A stretch of DNA of 64,000 bases from the human T2T-CHM13v2.0 reference genome, Homo sapiens, in the NCBI RefSeq assembly GCF_009914755.1, contig NC_060935.1; one strand, 5' to 3'. Position numbers and translations under genes: made by a program. This document shows positions 30,501 to 47,160 of the stretch, in pieces. The notes below the pieces were generated by a model. It ran no database searches and was not told where the DNA came from. It was given only the letters and a program-made list of their open reading frames with translations. How positions within the stretch are numbered: position 1 is the stretch's first letter; the number at the start of each line of letters is the position of its first letter.

Positions 30501-33500
30501 ATTTAACAGCCCATTATGAATATTTGAAGTTTAGTAGGTTTATGGTCTCGGTTCTTAATTTTTAGAGTGGGTAATTGCGTGGGCTCCACTAAATGAAATT
30601 TACTAGCTCTTTCCTTCCATGGCATATGGCATCGGAATAGGACTGCTTTTTATCCCCTGTGGTAAGTGATATTTCTTTCCCCTCGTCCCTCTATGCATTT
30701 TGAATATTCTGACAACAGTCAACTAAGCATCTCTTTCAGGCAACAGCTCTTGAGGAAATTCATGCAGACAGCATGAGTTTATCCAGAAAAGAATACCAAA
30801 GCAGGTTAGTTTCAAGGAAACAGGCGGGTTAGTGTCCAGGAAAAAAACGATGCATAATATGGGTTTTTGAGGGAGGACAGACCTGAGAGGTGTTTGTTTT
30901 GCGAAGTGCTTTAAAGTATGTTTGAGACTTCGGCAGACGACTAAGGAGGCAGTGTGTTACGGAGGTCCCAGCCTCAGGGAGGCTGAGGGGACAGGGAGCG
31001 AGGCAGGGTTCACACCCACATCCTAGATGTGGCCTCCACCAGGAGGTACTCCCCAGCATGTAGAACAGTGACTTGATATTAATACATATCTCTTCCCTTT
31101 CACCTTTGGAAAAGGGCAACAGACAAATGATGAGAGATTATCTGAATATTATTTGAAGGAATGATCACAGGAATATTTTGCTCTTGCCCCATTGTGGGGC
31201 CCTAGCTTGGACTCGGAACCCCCGTGTCCTCCTGGATAAATACTCCCTTCCCTGTACTGGCTCCTTCCCTGGGGGATGATGACAATGAATAAAAAGACCC
31301 ATTACTTGTGCTTTGATCTCCTGGGAAAAGAGACAGATAACTCCAAGGTGGAAACAATCGAAGTAATGGCCCTCCAGATTTTTCTACCCATATTCTTGCA
31401 AAGAACTCAAAGCCATTCTAATCTGTCATTTTCTCCTGCTTGCTTTTTTCCTTGGTGTGGTCAGACCTCTGGCTCCCTTGGTACTTGCCAGTTTTGATCG
31501 GAGGCCACAGGGTCCTGTGTTGTAGACTCTAGCAGGCATGATGCTCATTTATTCACAGCTTTGGCTAAAATGTAGAGATAAGACCCTCAGTGGTCCTATG
31601 GCTTAGGGTCACCCTGTCTAGAATCAGGGATGTAACATGATGGAGATTGACAGATGGGTCAGAAGACAGCATGGAGTGATGTTTGCCCAGGGGTGAGTGG
31701 ATTCTTGAGATGGCACCTTCCAGCTGCCCCGCTGAGCTTGAGTTTCAGAGTCTGCCAGGCACCTAGCTTGTGATCTCTACCCTCCCTCCCCTGCCCCACC
31801 ACCATCTCCCCAGTTCATCCATGAGTCTTTGAGAGCAGGGGACAGAACTACTTCATGTCTTCATGTCTTGTGTTCTCAACGGCATCTACCCCACTGGTGC
31901 CTGGCGTGAGGTCGGCGCTCAGTAAATGCAAGTCAAATTGAATTATCCCGGACAATGAAGCTGATCTGGGCTAGGTCTCCCCTGGAGGTAACAGGCAGAC
32001 CTTGCCTGGCATCTTTGTCTGCACTAGACCTATGAAGGCTCCCAGCAGCCCCCATCACTCCCGTCCCTTCTGCCTTCATTCCCACTCTGTCCCATAAGTC
32101 GTCCAGAAGGCTGTCACCGGCGGGCCATTAGACAAGACAAATGGGCAACTCCAGCCCACTGTTCCTTTCCTCCAGCCTGGCTGTTTGTGCAGTGAGCCAT
32201 GAGACTGGATATCCCGGGCACTGAACTGCCACAGTCGTGCATCTGGGCTGGCCAGTGCTGGCTGGCTGAGCTTGCCCAGATGTAGCTGGGGGCTCTCCAT
32301 GACTGCTTTCAAAAGAGAACACATGGGGACTATCTTCCTACCCAAAAGAAAACCTACAGGGAGGTGAGCCGGTCCACAGAGAGCAAGGAACTGTTTAAGG
32401 AGGCTAACTGGGAATATCAATCAGGTATCCAGAGACCTTACAAAGTGGCCGTATACATAGGGCACTAACTGCAGATAGAATTGTCGGTGATGCCAGGGAC
32501 TTTACTCATACATTTTGTTCCAGGGGTCATGTTCTTTAGCTAATTGTGGGAGTGTGAAAGATGAAGGGATAGACCAAAAGGTGAACCTTGTGAAAGTCCG
32601 AGAGTTAGCTCATATCAGGGTCAAGTGCTTAACGTGCCTAACATTTGCCTGGCTCTGTGCTGAGTTGTATGGGGGTTACAGGATGAGAGGAGACTCAGCT
32701 CCTGCACTTGGGGTGTTTCCGGTTTACACAGCAGTCCCGTGACACAGGGAAATGGTTCTCTGCGGCGCCTGAGCAGCTTGATTCTGTGCATGCCTCCGCG
32801 TCTCCATGCGCATCCTCCTGGTGGCTCTGTGCTCATCCCCAGCTAACCTGCCCTCCTGGCCCTTTTGGCACACACAGAGCCCCCACTCAGCGGGGTTGCC
32901 AAGCCCATCACACTTCACCTGCCCTGTCAGAGTGCTTCCTTCCAACCCATCTCCAGAGCAACTGCTTACTCAAGAGTGGCAGCTGCATTTCCCTTGCTCC
33001 CCAGTGCAACCTTCAAACATTTCCCCCATTCTTTCCCGATCCAAGTCCTCCCCTGCCTTGTGCCTGCCGTTCTCATGTAGGGCTCCTAGCCTTCCTCTCA
33101 CTGCTGCCTTGCTCTGGCCCCATCATCATCAGTGTCCACGGGGCCATCCCGCTGGTGCCATGGCCTTGGGGATCCTCAGCCGCCTCCCTTCCGGTGGCCT
33201 TCTCTCCCACTCCATGTCACCATCACAGCTGCATTCTTGAGTCATGGCAGCCCTTGATCCTCTGCTTCTAAAACCATACATGTCCAAATCCCATGGTCTG
33301 AAAACAGCATCTTACCCAATCTCACCATTGCATTCCCCTGCTCCGCTCTTCTGCGTATCCTGGTATCCACATATTCCACAAATATGCAGCCTTTCCTTTC
33401 TGCTGGGGCTAACCCATTGGACAGCTTTTTCTGGGTGTTACTCCCTTTCCTGTCCAGTGGAAAAGGCCCAGTCCATCACCCTCGCCAGGTCCCAATAGCA

Positions 33501-34029
33501 CCTTCACTCATTTGTCCCCAGTCCTGCCCACCCACCTGATCACCTCCTACTCTTAGTTGTGACATCTGCCTGCCTTGCTTCTGGCTGTGCCCTGAGGCTG
33601 CTTTCAGAAACACACCAACATCTCTTCATTTCAACTGGGTCCAAACAGAAATGCATGTACATATCAGAGCAGCTATTCCAAGCCCTCCCCTGAAGCCACC
33701 TTCCTTATCTTTGTCAGTCTTGCTAGTGGAAGATGAAGATGAGACCTTTCCTCTTTTCCGAGAAAATAGATGCCATCCAGCTCAGCCTCTCTCAACACCC
33801 CCCACCTACAGCAAATATTTATTTACAGCTGTATCTGTCAGCATCGGTTAGACCTGCATTACGCAGTGCTATAGCCATTAGTATTGAGCCCCTGGAACGT
33901 GGCTCATCTGGGTGGAGATGTGCTTTAAATATAAAATGCACACTGGATTTTGAAGTTCTGGTATGAAAACAAGAATACGAAATACACAAATGATTTTTAT
34001 ATTGACTAGAGATTAAAATCATAGTATTT

Positions 34030-34341
34030 GACTGGGTACAATGGCTCACGCCTGTCATCCCAGCACTTTGGGAGGCCGAGGCGGGAGGATTGCTTGAGGC
34101 CAGGAGTTCAAAACCAGCGTAGGCAACATAGTAGGACCCTTTTTTTTTTAACAACAACAAAAAAAATACGAAAATTAGCCAGTCATGGTGGTGCTCACAT
34201 GTGGTCCCAGCTATTCAGGGCTGAGACAGGAAGATCGCTTGAGCCCGGGAAGCCAAGGCTGTGGTGAGCCAAGATCGCACCACTGCACTCCAGCCTGGAC
34301 AGCAGAGTGAGACCCTGTCTCAAAAAAACAAAAACAGAAAC
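34030..34341 (+). mobile_element. AluJ; TSD aaaa(t)catagt(a/g)ttt
   Basis: J-type ggaggattgcttgaggccaggagtt; TSDs 34015-34029 and 34342-34355. Confidence 0.92.
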
Positions 34342-34359
34342 AAAACATAGTGTTTGTGA

Positions 34360-35163
<804 letters not shown>

Positions 35164-35199
35164 GCCTTGCATTATATTTCTATGGCTCAGCTCTGAGTG

Positions 35200-35620
35200 G
35201 GAATATAGGCTGAGCCACAAAAACAAAGGGACCTGAAAATGTAGTAGCTCCAAGATCAAAGTGTTTTTCTCTCACACATAAACCTGGAGGTAAATAGTAG
35301 TGGTCCAAGGATAGAGGGTGGCGGGCGGCATTGCCGTCAGCAGCACGTGATCTCTATATGTTCTTGTATGTGTCATTACCACCAGCCAAAAAGGCCAGGA
35401 ACATCCAGGGCAAGGAGATGAACTGGATGGTCTGGTCACTTTACTTCCATTTGCTAGTGCAGGTTTAGCCCATGGCCTCCTGAGTTCAGGGAGGCTGGTA
35501 AGTGTGGTCTGAGCTAGGTGGCCATGCGTCTGTGTCAAACATAGGGTGTCATATGAGTAAAAGGAAAAAAAGGAGAAGGCACCCAAGAAGGGGGAGCCGT
35601 CCCTTCTCTCACCCCAGATG
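35200..35620 (-). mobile_element. Old MLT1 (J/K-like) LTR fragment
   Basis: ataggctgag...aagtgtttttctctcacacat...gtcactttacttccatttgctag. Confidence 0.45.
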
Positions 35621-35889
35621 AGCCTGCACCTGTGCACCAGGCTCCCTCCATCTGCCTTTTTGCAGGGCTTGCTTCAGAAAGCGCTCCTTTCTGCTGACTT
35701 TCTCTTTCCCTTCCCACTGGCTCCTCTTCTGAGCCCTTCTTATCTTAATTTAAACACCCTTCCTTGGAGGGTGTGCTTCCCCCCACCGATTGTCCTAATT
35801 ATGCCCCCTCCCTTCCCAGACCGGCTGCTTGGCTCTCTCCATTCACTTCTCGGCCGCTCCTCCACCTGCTGCCATCTAAATGCTGCCTA

Positions 35890-37290
35890 ACCTCTCCCCT
35901 GGAAGGGCTCTTGCTGAAGTCCCCGGTGACCTCCTACTTGCCCAGCCCTGTGGAGAATGCTCAGTCCTTGTTTTATCTGACTTCTGTTCTCCTTAGATCC
36001 TCTGGTCTAACCATTGCTTCTCAGTCTTTTTCCCTACACTGTCCCAAATGTTGAGTCCTCAGAGTTTTAGCCTGGTTCTTCCTCTCCTGTTACTCACCAT
36101 CCTATGCCAGATCCAAGTTGTCATTATCACCCTGACCCTGGGGACTCCCGGGTCTCCGTGTCTCCAGCCTGGATCATTATCTGGAGAGCCAGACCAGTAA
36201 CTTTTTCTGTTGCTAAACAGTGCGCCCCGAACTTAATAAATACTACACCAAAATCATTATCTTTGCCCTTCTCCAAAAACAAAAAAAGAACAATCTTCCT
36301 CTCTATCCCCCTGTATTCTTTATCTTGGTCACTGATGTCACTATCTAAATTGTCAGTGAAGCCAAGAGCCCTCTTACCTCATCCCAACCCCCACTGATTT
36401 TGATTCTGCCCGGTTTATCTCACTAGAATCTGCCTCTTCTCTTTGATCCTCTTTCCGTGCCCCTCACTACCTGTCTCATTTCTCTTTCCTGGACTATTAA
36501 AATAACCCTCAAGCTGATCTTCCCAACTCGTATTTCTGTTCTCACTCCAGTGTATCTATGGGAGTGATCGCCCTAAAATGCAAATCTTATGACGTCATCG
36601 CCTGTCGGAAGCCCTCCTCTTGTCCCTCGGCACCTTCTGGACCTTCAGGCCTCCATCCCAGTTCACCAGTGAGACACACAGGTTCTTCATGCTCTTTTCC
36701 TCCCATCTGCCTTCCCTGCCAGGTGCTCAGGCCCCTCCCGCTGACTGAGCCAGTCACCACACACTGGAACACACTTTGCTTCCTTGCTTCCCTGGGAAGC
36801 TCACTCCCCTCCTTCAAGGCTGACTCTTGTGTGAAGCCTGGCAGGTAGTAGTAACTTAACACATGGGTGTTAGATAAATGCATGAGGCCTTCCCTAAAAC
36901 TTGCCCCACCACCTGGAGTTTGGTTTCCCTTTATCTGTGCTTCCTTAGAATTTTGTGATTCTCTCTATGGAACCACTTCATTGTACAGTAAAGTCTGGCT
37001 CTGTCCTCTGACCCCAGGATGCCTTCCAGAGTCAAATGACCTCATCTTAGTCACCTGTGATTTCCCAGCACATGAACAGCTGGTTCATGGTGGGAGCATC
37101 GTAAGATTTTGTCATATCACTTACCGTATCAGGTTGTGGCTATTTGCTTGTATGACCATGTCCTTCTCTGGACACTTTGAAAGCAGAGATACATCTTATC
37201 CTTCTCTGCATACATAGTGCCTTGCTTAAGATAGGTGTTTAATAGGTATTTGGTGAATTAATAAAGAAAGGAATGATTGAATGAGTGAAT
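35890..37290 (+). mobile_element. L2 fragments
   Basis: gtccccggtgacctcctacttgcc; ctaaaatgcaaatcttatga; 3' tail gaatgattgaatgagtgaat. Confidence 0.65.
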
Positions 37291-38229
37291 GCCTTACCCA
37301 TGTCAATTAGAAAGCAAACGATTAAGTACTAAATGAATGGTGCACACAATAAGTGCTTTGGAGGATTTGAGGAGGGTGAAAGTGTGGGGTGGAGCAGTTC
37401 AGTGCTTACCTGGGGCACGGTGGGAATGGGGTATGAGAATGAGGGTTATTAGGTAGGATTTGGACATGGGTTTTAAAAAACAGCTGAGTACGTTCCAGGA
37501 AGAGACCACCTGAACAAAAAAACAGGGCAAAGCAGCATGCTGTATTCAGTGTTCAGCAAGGACAATCTAGATGTAGCTAAGTGGTCATAGAATTCAGTAG
37601 AAGGTGAGTCTGCAAAGACATGTTGGGGCCAGACTGTGGAGGGCCTGAGGGCCAGGCAGGTGCATCTGCAGTGGAGAGTAGCTAGGTTGGTGCAAGAGAG
37701 ACTGGAGGCAGAAGACAGGGTAGACATATTGCAAAAGAAAGCAAGGAGTGGCGGCAGTGGGAACAGAAGGGGGGCAGTGGGTGGGAGGCAGATCCCTCAG
37801 CAGTCTTTAGTGGGTGAGCAGATGGAGGGGCTGTAGGGATAGGGAGAATGCAAGGCAGCTCTGCCAGGGATTTGCATGAGACCAACTGGTGCTATGAAGT
37901 GAAACTGGGAAGCCAGAAAGAGCCCCCAATTCAATAAAAAGATAATGGGTTACATTTGGGACACAGAATTTGGACATTTGGACATTTCTTACTAGTAGCC
38001 AGAAAAAGGAGTCTGATGTGTAGATGAGAAATTGGGGGTGGAGATAGGGGTTTTGGAGTTATCTGCATAGGGCTGATAGTCAAAAATTAATGTTTCTTAA
38101 GGGAGAAATTGCACAATGAAGAGTGGCTTGTGGACTAAATCCAGGGTGTAAAATTGGGGGACACTTACATAGTGTCTAGCATTACATGGAAGAGGAAGGG
38201 GAGCGAGGGAAGAGGTTGGGGCATATGAG

Positions 38230-38885
38230 AGTTCTGGTTCTTCCATATCCATGTCAGCAATTGGTATGGTCAAGCTTTTTAATTTTAGCCATTCTAATAG
38301 ATGTGTAGTAATATATCATTATGGTTTTAATTTGCATTTCCCCAGTGACTAATAATGTTGGACATATTTTCACGTGCTTACTTGCCACCTGTACAACTTC
38401 TTTGGTGAAATGTCTATTCGAATCTTTTGCCCACTTTAAAAATTAGATTGTTGGTTTTCCTATTACTGAGCTTTGAAAGTTCTTTACATATTCTGGATAC
38501 AAGTCCTTTATCCAGCATGTGCTTTGCATGTAATATTTTCTCCCCACCTATGGCTTGTCTTTCATTCCAATCTTTTGAAGAGCATACATTCTAAGTTTTG
38601 ATGACGTCTACTTTACCAATTGTTTAATTTTATGGGTTGTGCTTTTGATGTCATATCTAAGAAATCTTTGCCTAACTCAAAGATTTTCTTCTAGTAGTTT
38701 TATAGTTTTAGGTTTTACCGTTATGTCTATGGTCCATTTTTTTTGTTAATTTTTGCATATGGCATGAGTAAGGATTGGGATTTCTTTAACATATGGATAT
38801 CCAAATGTTCCAGCACAGTTTGTGTAAAGACTTTTTTTCCCCACTGTACCTTTGTTAAAATCAGTTTTCCACAAATGCACGGGTC
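38230..38885 (-). mobile_element. L1M ORF2/3' fragment
   Basis: ttttagccattctaatagatgtgtag...ttctggatacaagtcctttatc...tctaagaaatctttgcctaac. Confidence 0.8.
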
Positions 38886-39099
38886 AAAGTAGTAATTATG
38901 AAGGAAGGAATAGAAGTTGGCATAGAATCCCTCAAAAGCCAAGACAAGTTTGGCTCAAAGATTCTTGAAGTTCTCCTGCTGTCAGGCGAGGTCATTGCAT
39001 TGGGGATGGGAAGAATTAAACCTCGAAAGTTGAAGACTAGATGAATGATGGGCGTACATTATAGGATGCATGGGTTTCTGTGAAAACACATTGTGGTGC

Positions 39100-40310
39100 A
39101 CTTGCTCAGCCTCTGCGTTCAGGGAAGGCTTCCTGAAGGAGGGGATGTCTGAGCCGAGATAGTCAGTGAGCAAAGATGAGAGTGCAGAAGGAGGAGAGTG
39201 AGCAAAGGTGTGCAGGCATGCAGCAGCACCGTGTGTGTGTGTGTGTGCGTGTGTGTGTGTGTAAGGGGTGCTATGAGTAGTTCACTGCTTCTAGAAGGTA
39301 GAGAGGGATGAGCAGGGAAGCACAATATAAGGTTTGACAGAGTCAAGTCAGATCTTGTGTGCCGTGCTGAGGAATTCCATTTATTTTGAGGATGGAAGCT
39401 TTTAAAGCAGGGCTTTACACTTCAAAGCGCACACTCTGGCAGCTAGGAGAGGGTGTGGTTGAGGAGCGCCAGGTGGTGGTGGTTGTGCCAGCCTGGAGGC
39501 AGGAAAACCAGATAAGAGTTAAGAGGTTGCAGTTAAGTCGTTGAGATGAAAGGACCGAAGTAGGGTGGTGGTGTTAAGACTGGAAAGAAGTGGACTGGTT
39601 TGAGAAATTTTGAGGAAGTACAACCAAAAGCAATTGGAGACTGGTTATTGGAAGGTGCGGAATTGGGTGAAGGCACGATGCCTGGGTAGCTGGTGCTGCT
39701 ATTAACTAAACGTAGGAATGTTAACAGGAAGAATCTAGGAGGGAAGAGGTGGGTTTACTTTGGGTCTTCCTAAATTTGAGATGCTCTGCAGATACGTTCA
39801 TGGAGATGTCACCAGGCTGTTGGATATAAGTAAAGCACACCCATGGAGGCGGCTATGAAATAGATCAATCAGGAAGCTCCTGGGAGGATGACAAGAAGAG
39901 GCCTCTGCAAAGACCTTGGATGCACCGTTGTTTAAAGGGGAGGCAGAAGAACATACCTGGAGGGAACAGTTAGAGCAGTGTGAGGAGAACCCTAGGAGAG
40001 TAGTTTCATGGAAGCCAAGGAGGTTGATTAAATGAGATAACATATATGCTCTTCTTAGGACAGCACCTGGCAGGTTGTAAGTCGTATTGCCAGCTAGTGA
40101 TATAGTTAGACAAAGAATCAAAAGTTCACCAGTTTTGCAAAAATGAATATTGATGTTGACTTGGCAGGTGCAGTTTGGGTGGAGTGGTGGGGACGGAAGG
40201 CAGAGTGCAGTGGGTCGAGGAGAACATGGCATGGGGTGAAGTCAGCAAATGTTGAGTAGTCATTTGAGAAGCCTGGCTTGCATTGAAAGTGACAGAGAAG
40301 GGAGAGCCAG
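39100..40310 (-). mobile_element. L2 fragments
   Basis: agggaaggcttcctgaaggaggggatgtctgag; tttaaaggggaggcagaaga; tcatggaagccaagg. Confidence 0.6.
39230..39262 (+). repeat. Interrupted (TG)n microsatellite
   Basis: Directly visible. Confidence 0.9.
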
Positions 40311-40562
40311 AGGGCACAGCTGGTCAGGGTGGTCAGGGGAGGGTCTGCATAGGAGGGGCGGGCCTTGACTGTTAGCACAGGGGAGCCAGCAGGCCTCGGG
40401 AGAGGCTGAAGAAGAAGGAGGCCTGGTGAGGCAGAGTCCCAGGGGAAAGGAAGGAAGGCTGTGGGTTGTCTGGAGCCCTCGTTACCTGAGCTTGTTGGGA
40501 AGGTATGGGGCACAAAGTCAACCAGCTCACTGAGAGTGGCCTCAGTTTAACCAGTGTGTGAG

Positions 40563-41402
40563 CTGAGAGCCAGGGGCTGAGAGCAGGGTGATGGTTGGAG
40601 GTGAAGGGTGGTGTTAGGGGTCGGAGCCCAGCAATGGTTACAGGTGAAAGGTGATGTTAGGGGCTGAGAGTAGGGTGACGGTTTGAGGTGAAGGCAGTGG
40701 TTACAGGTGAAGGGTGGTGTTAGGGGCTGAGAGCAGGTAGATGGTTTGAGGGGAAGGGTAGTGTTAGGGGCTGAGAGCTGGGCAATGTTTAGAGGTGAGG
40801 GGAGGTGTTGGGGCTGAGAGCTGGGTGGTGGTTAGAGGGGAAGGGCAGTGTTAGGGCTGAGAGCCAGGTGATGGTTGGAGGAGAAGAGCGGTATTAGGGG
40901 CAGAGAGCCAGGCGGTGTTTAGGGGCTGAGAGCAGGTAGATGGTTTGAGGGGAAGGGTGGTGTTAGGGCTGAGAGCCGGGTGATGGTTAGAGGTGAGAGG
41001 AGTTGTTAGGGCTGAGAGCCAGGCAATGGTTAGAGGTGAGGGGCAGTGTTAGGGCTGAGAGCAAGGCAGTGGTTAGAGGTGAGGGGCGGGTGTTAGGGCT
41101 GAGAGCCGGGTGATGGTTACAGGTGAGGGAAGTTGTTAGGGCTGAGAGCCGGGTGATGGTTACAGGTGAGGGAAGTTGTTAGGGCTGAGAGCCGGGTGAT
41201 GGTTACAGGTGAGGGAAGTTGTTAGGGTTGAGAGCCAGGCGATGGTTAGCGGTGAGGGGAGGTGTTAGGGCTGAGAGCCAGGCGATGGTTGGAGGGGAAG
41301 GGTGGTGTTAGGGGCTGAGAGTCGGGTGATGGTTTTGAGGGTAAGGGTGGTGTTAGGAATTTAGAGTCAGGTGATGGTTAGAGGTAAACGGCGGTTTTAG
41401 GG
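40563..41402 (+). repeat. G-rich VNTR, ~43-bp unit, ~19 copies
   Basis: Unit gagagccgggtgatggttacaggtgagggaagttgttagggct; near-identical copies at 41101, 41144 and 41187. Confidence 0.95.
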
Positions 41403-41772
41403 GCTACGTTGTCTCCTCTCCAGAATTTCTATATTGAAGCCCCACCCCCTAAGACATCAGAATGTGACTCTATTTGGTGTTGAGGTAAGAAAGTTAAAAC
41501 GAGGTTGTTAGGTTTGTCCCGAATCCAGTTGGACTTCTGTCTACATGAAGAGGAGCTCAGCACACAGGCATGCACAGAGGGAAGAAAGACCACGTACGGG
41601 TGCAGGGAGAAGGTGCCATCCGCACACCAAGGAGAGAGGTCTTGGAGGAAACCAGTCCTGCCCACACCTTGATCTTAGACTTCCAGCCTCCAGAATTGTG
41701 AGAAAAGGAATTTTGGTTGTTTAAGCCTTTCAGTCTGTGGTGCTTTGTAATGGCAGCCCCAGCTGATGCTAA
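41395..41772 (+). mobile_element. MLT1B/C-like MaLR solo LTR
   Basis: tatattgaagccc...cagaatgtgact...caccttgatcttagacttccagcctccagaattgtgaga...gtaatggcagccc. Confidence 0.82.
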
Positions 41773-42771
41773 GGGTCTGTGGTGTGGGAGGAGCTGGCTG
41801 AGCAAGCTCCAAGGCTGGTAGCGGCCCAGCCTGGTGCCCCAGGTGGGGACGAAGGCATGAGTTGGCGGCGGGAGCGGCCTGCACAGTGGTGTGATTTCCT
41901 CCAGCAAGAGGGGTGACCAAGGACAAGGGGCTGAAGAGTGGGACACAGAGGACAGAGGTGCCAGATGAGTGATGGGGATGGGCTGTAGCTGGGCCTCCGA
42001 GAGTGAGCAGCCAGGGTCAGCTGGGGAGCAGAGCTAACGCACTCCCCAAGGTGCAAACTGTCACTTTTTCTTGTTAACACAGGGCTCTATCCGGCTGAGC
42101 CAAACGGCCACAGACAGTGTTATAGATACTGCCTATAAAGACTCTCCAGTAAAACCTCTTTATTTTACCCCTTAAAAGGGTAAGAGTTACCGAAGTGCAT
42201 GGAAATCTTCAGCAGCGAGGCTCTGGAAGAACTGAGGGATTAAGGAGGCTGCTTTTCCAACCTGAGGGGTCACTTCTGGGCTGCTGAGAATGTGTGGAGG
42301 GAGAGCCAGCCCCAGTCCAGTTTACCCAGGGAGCAGGAGGAGAGCAGCCAGCCCCGGGGGACCCTGGAGGCCTCTGGCGGGTCATCCACCCTGCGGATCC
42401 CTGTGTCGTGGGGCTGCTGTCCGTCCACTCATCGCCTAATGCTGACTGCACCATTGCCAGGCGCCACGTCTACTACTGGCTGTAGGGGATGAAAAGACAA
42501 GCGGCCTTGAATTATTGATTCACTCAACAACCATTCATTAAGGGCCTACTGTGTGTCCAGAATTGTGCAGCTACAGAGATGAATCAGGTGTGGTCCTCAC
42601 CCCAAAGGAGCTGAAAAGATAGACAAATCAGCATAATGAAAAAGTGGCTTGTGTCTAATGAAGGGTACAGAGGAATTTCTGTGGGAGTTCAAAGGAAGGG
42701 AAAATTAATTTGGGATGGGGAGTTTGGGAAGATTCAAAGGAAAGAGGGATTACTCTGGGTTTTTTTAAGTA

Positions 42772-43401
<630 letters not shown>

Positions 43402-44944
43402 TACAAGCAGTTGAGGGAACTCACAGGTACAGATAGAAGGATAAATACCCCTCCAAGGCAGTGTGCAAGGAATAGTCTGTTTGAGTGGTGGGAGTTTCTC
43501 GGGAAATCCAAGGAGAAAGAGAGCACTGTGGCTAGGGGGTCAGAGAGGGCTTCCTGGAAGAGGCGCCTGAGGGAGAGAAGAGCCCTGGTAGGGAAAGGGA
43601 GAACAAGGGACAGGGACAGCATTGGCAAAGGCATGGAGGAGAGTTAATGGGCCAGTCCAGGACTGTACATGGAGGCTCTGTCACCTTGTTGGGGGTGGAG
43701 GGGATGCTATGACCGTGGAAGCCAGACAGGACAGAAGGGGCCTGAGGCCATGCCAGAGACTCAACAGGGACAGCTCTTCAGAGAGTGGGGAGGTTCTGAG
43801 GACCTTGAGCGGGTCAGTGGCTGTATGCCCTCTCGGGGTCGCCACGGCCACACTGATTGGGGTGAGCTGGAAGGCGCTGCAGGGGGGAGGAGTCCCCTCT
43901 AGCATTGACACAAGCATGGGACAAGAATATGGAGAGGAGTTTGGGGGGCGGAGAAGGGCACAATCAAGGGGCTCCCCTTTTCTTGGCATGAGCCATAGAA
44001 CTCAGAACTGGGCACAGGGTGAAGTTCTTGGGGCTCATGGGGAGAAAGGCTCAATGGAAATGCAAGGGATCCCGGCTTCCTGGGCATGCCGGAGGCATCT
44101 TGAATCCACCTGGGTTGGAAGAGTCAGTGTGCACTGAGGCCCCATGGATGGAAAGAGCGGGAAGCCCCGGGTCTCTGAACGCATCTCCCCATCTCAGCCC
44201 TGCCTTTGCTGTGGCCCCAGACCTCCCAGCCTCACTGTGGCTCGGGGCTTCTCTGCAGGGCAGTCCCCAGGGCTGGAGGATGTGCCGTATCATATTATTC
44301 CTCATTAGGCAGCAGCTGGGGACTCGGAGCGTCCCAGCCCAGCCAGGCAGCCAGGCCTGGGGGACGCAGTGCAGGCTATGAGCGTTCACTGCACATTAAG
44401 TCTTGAGCAAGCTGCTCTCCTTCATTCATCTGGTCTCCACTCCTGGGACTACTGAAGAAGCATGCTGTTTGGTAACTGCCTGTTGAGCACATGCTTCTCT
44501 GGTGTCCCAAGAGTGCCTGAGCCTCCACCTTGTCTTTGATGTCCACAGCTCTAGAGTCTGGGTACCTGTTGTCGTCCTAGTTATTCTGATCCTCATATGT
44601 TTTATGCCAGCCAACCACTGGTTGAGGCCGTTTCCAGCCAGATAGGAATCACTGTCGAAAACCTAATTAAAAGTGGTCCCTGAATCGCACGGGGGTTGGG
44701 AGGTAGAGAGGACAGGATTTTAGATGTTAGTGAGTTGGCAATGACCTGCCTAATAACTTTGAGCACAAAGTTCTGCATTAGATGCTGTGGGCAGGGAAAG
44801 AGGAATGGGGTGAAGAGAGGACCTCATCCTCCCCTTAATACAAGATTCGCACGTTCCCTATTTCCCACGTACTCATTTTCCCTCTGTCTCAAGGTGTGTG
44901 CAGTGATGCTCTGTGAGCTGACTGTATGCTGTTACATGGCAGAC

Positions 44945-45930
<986 letters not shown>

Positions 45931-46519
45931 CACTCTTGAATGTTTACTTTGCCAAAACAAAATGGGGATAGGTGGGACTGCTGGCTCCGGAGCAGACCCT
46001 TTGGTGTGTGCTGCCTCCTGTGGTGCAGGCGTAATTGTGGCCTTTGAACACTGATGAGGCAGAGGCAGGCCCAGCGTGACTCTGAAACATGAACAACTAC
46101 ATCAAAACATTCCCAGTCCCCAGGCCCACAGGGGACATGCTCATTTTCTGAGAGATTATTTTACTACTTTATTTATCTTACTACAAGTGATTGTTAAATA
46201 GTTAGTAGGTTATAGATGGAAACATTGGTAACAGTGAGCTCATTTGGCCCAAAGGGAAGGATAGCTGCCTCCATGGTCTGAACACCATCTCAATGGGGTG
46301 GAGGGAGGACAGGGAGAAGGGAGGAGGGGGAGTTACCTGAGAGAGTTTTCAGAGGTCCAGGGGCAAGCCTGTTGCTATTGGTGTTTTAGGGTTCATTTAC
46401 AGTCTGTAGATGGAGGCTTCCTTTACAGTCCCTGGAAGCCTCATGCACGCTCCCTAGCGCACCCCCTGCTTCGCAGCAAATCCTTGAGTTTTTATAAGAA
46501 GGAAGACAAGCTTGGTCAG

Positions 46520-46720
46520 GGTGCAAGGTCTGGAGTCAGGCTGACCTGGGCTCACTTCCCTCCTCTGTCATGCTTCAAACCTGTGAGAACGGGCAGATCA
46601 TGACCTCTCTGACCTCCAATTCCTCGTGTCCAAGTGAAGATAAAATATCCACCTCATGGACTTGTTGCAGAGATTAAGTGAGATAGAGTCCACTAAGTGG
46701 TTATGCTGACATTGTAGCTT
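46520..46720 (+). mobile_element. MIR
   Basis: ctggagtcaggctgacctggg...acctctctgacctc...gagattaagtgagata. Confidence 0.6.
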
Positions 46721-46722
46721 AA

Positions 46723-47160
<438 letters not shown>

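Noticed and set aside
30152-30519. Lys/Arg/Glu-rich and Ser/Pro/Leu-rich ORFs (also 61763-62180)
   Set aside because: Translations of CT-rich low-complexity tracts.
32708-33271. Overlapping 187-aa and 144-aa ORFs; similar cluster at 43622-44406
   Set aside because: C- or G-rich low-stop composition, Pro/Ser/Cys-rich, with no domain resemblance or convincing exon structure.
40563-41402. Regularly spaced repeats considered as CRISPR-like or as an interstitial telomere
   Set aside because: Head-to-tail tandem units without unique spacers in a primate genome; the TTAGGG hexamers are isolated, not arrayed.
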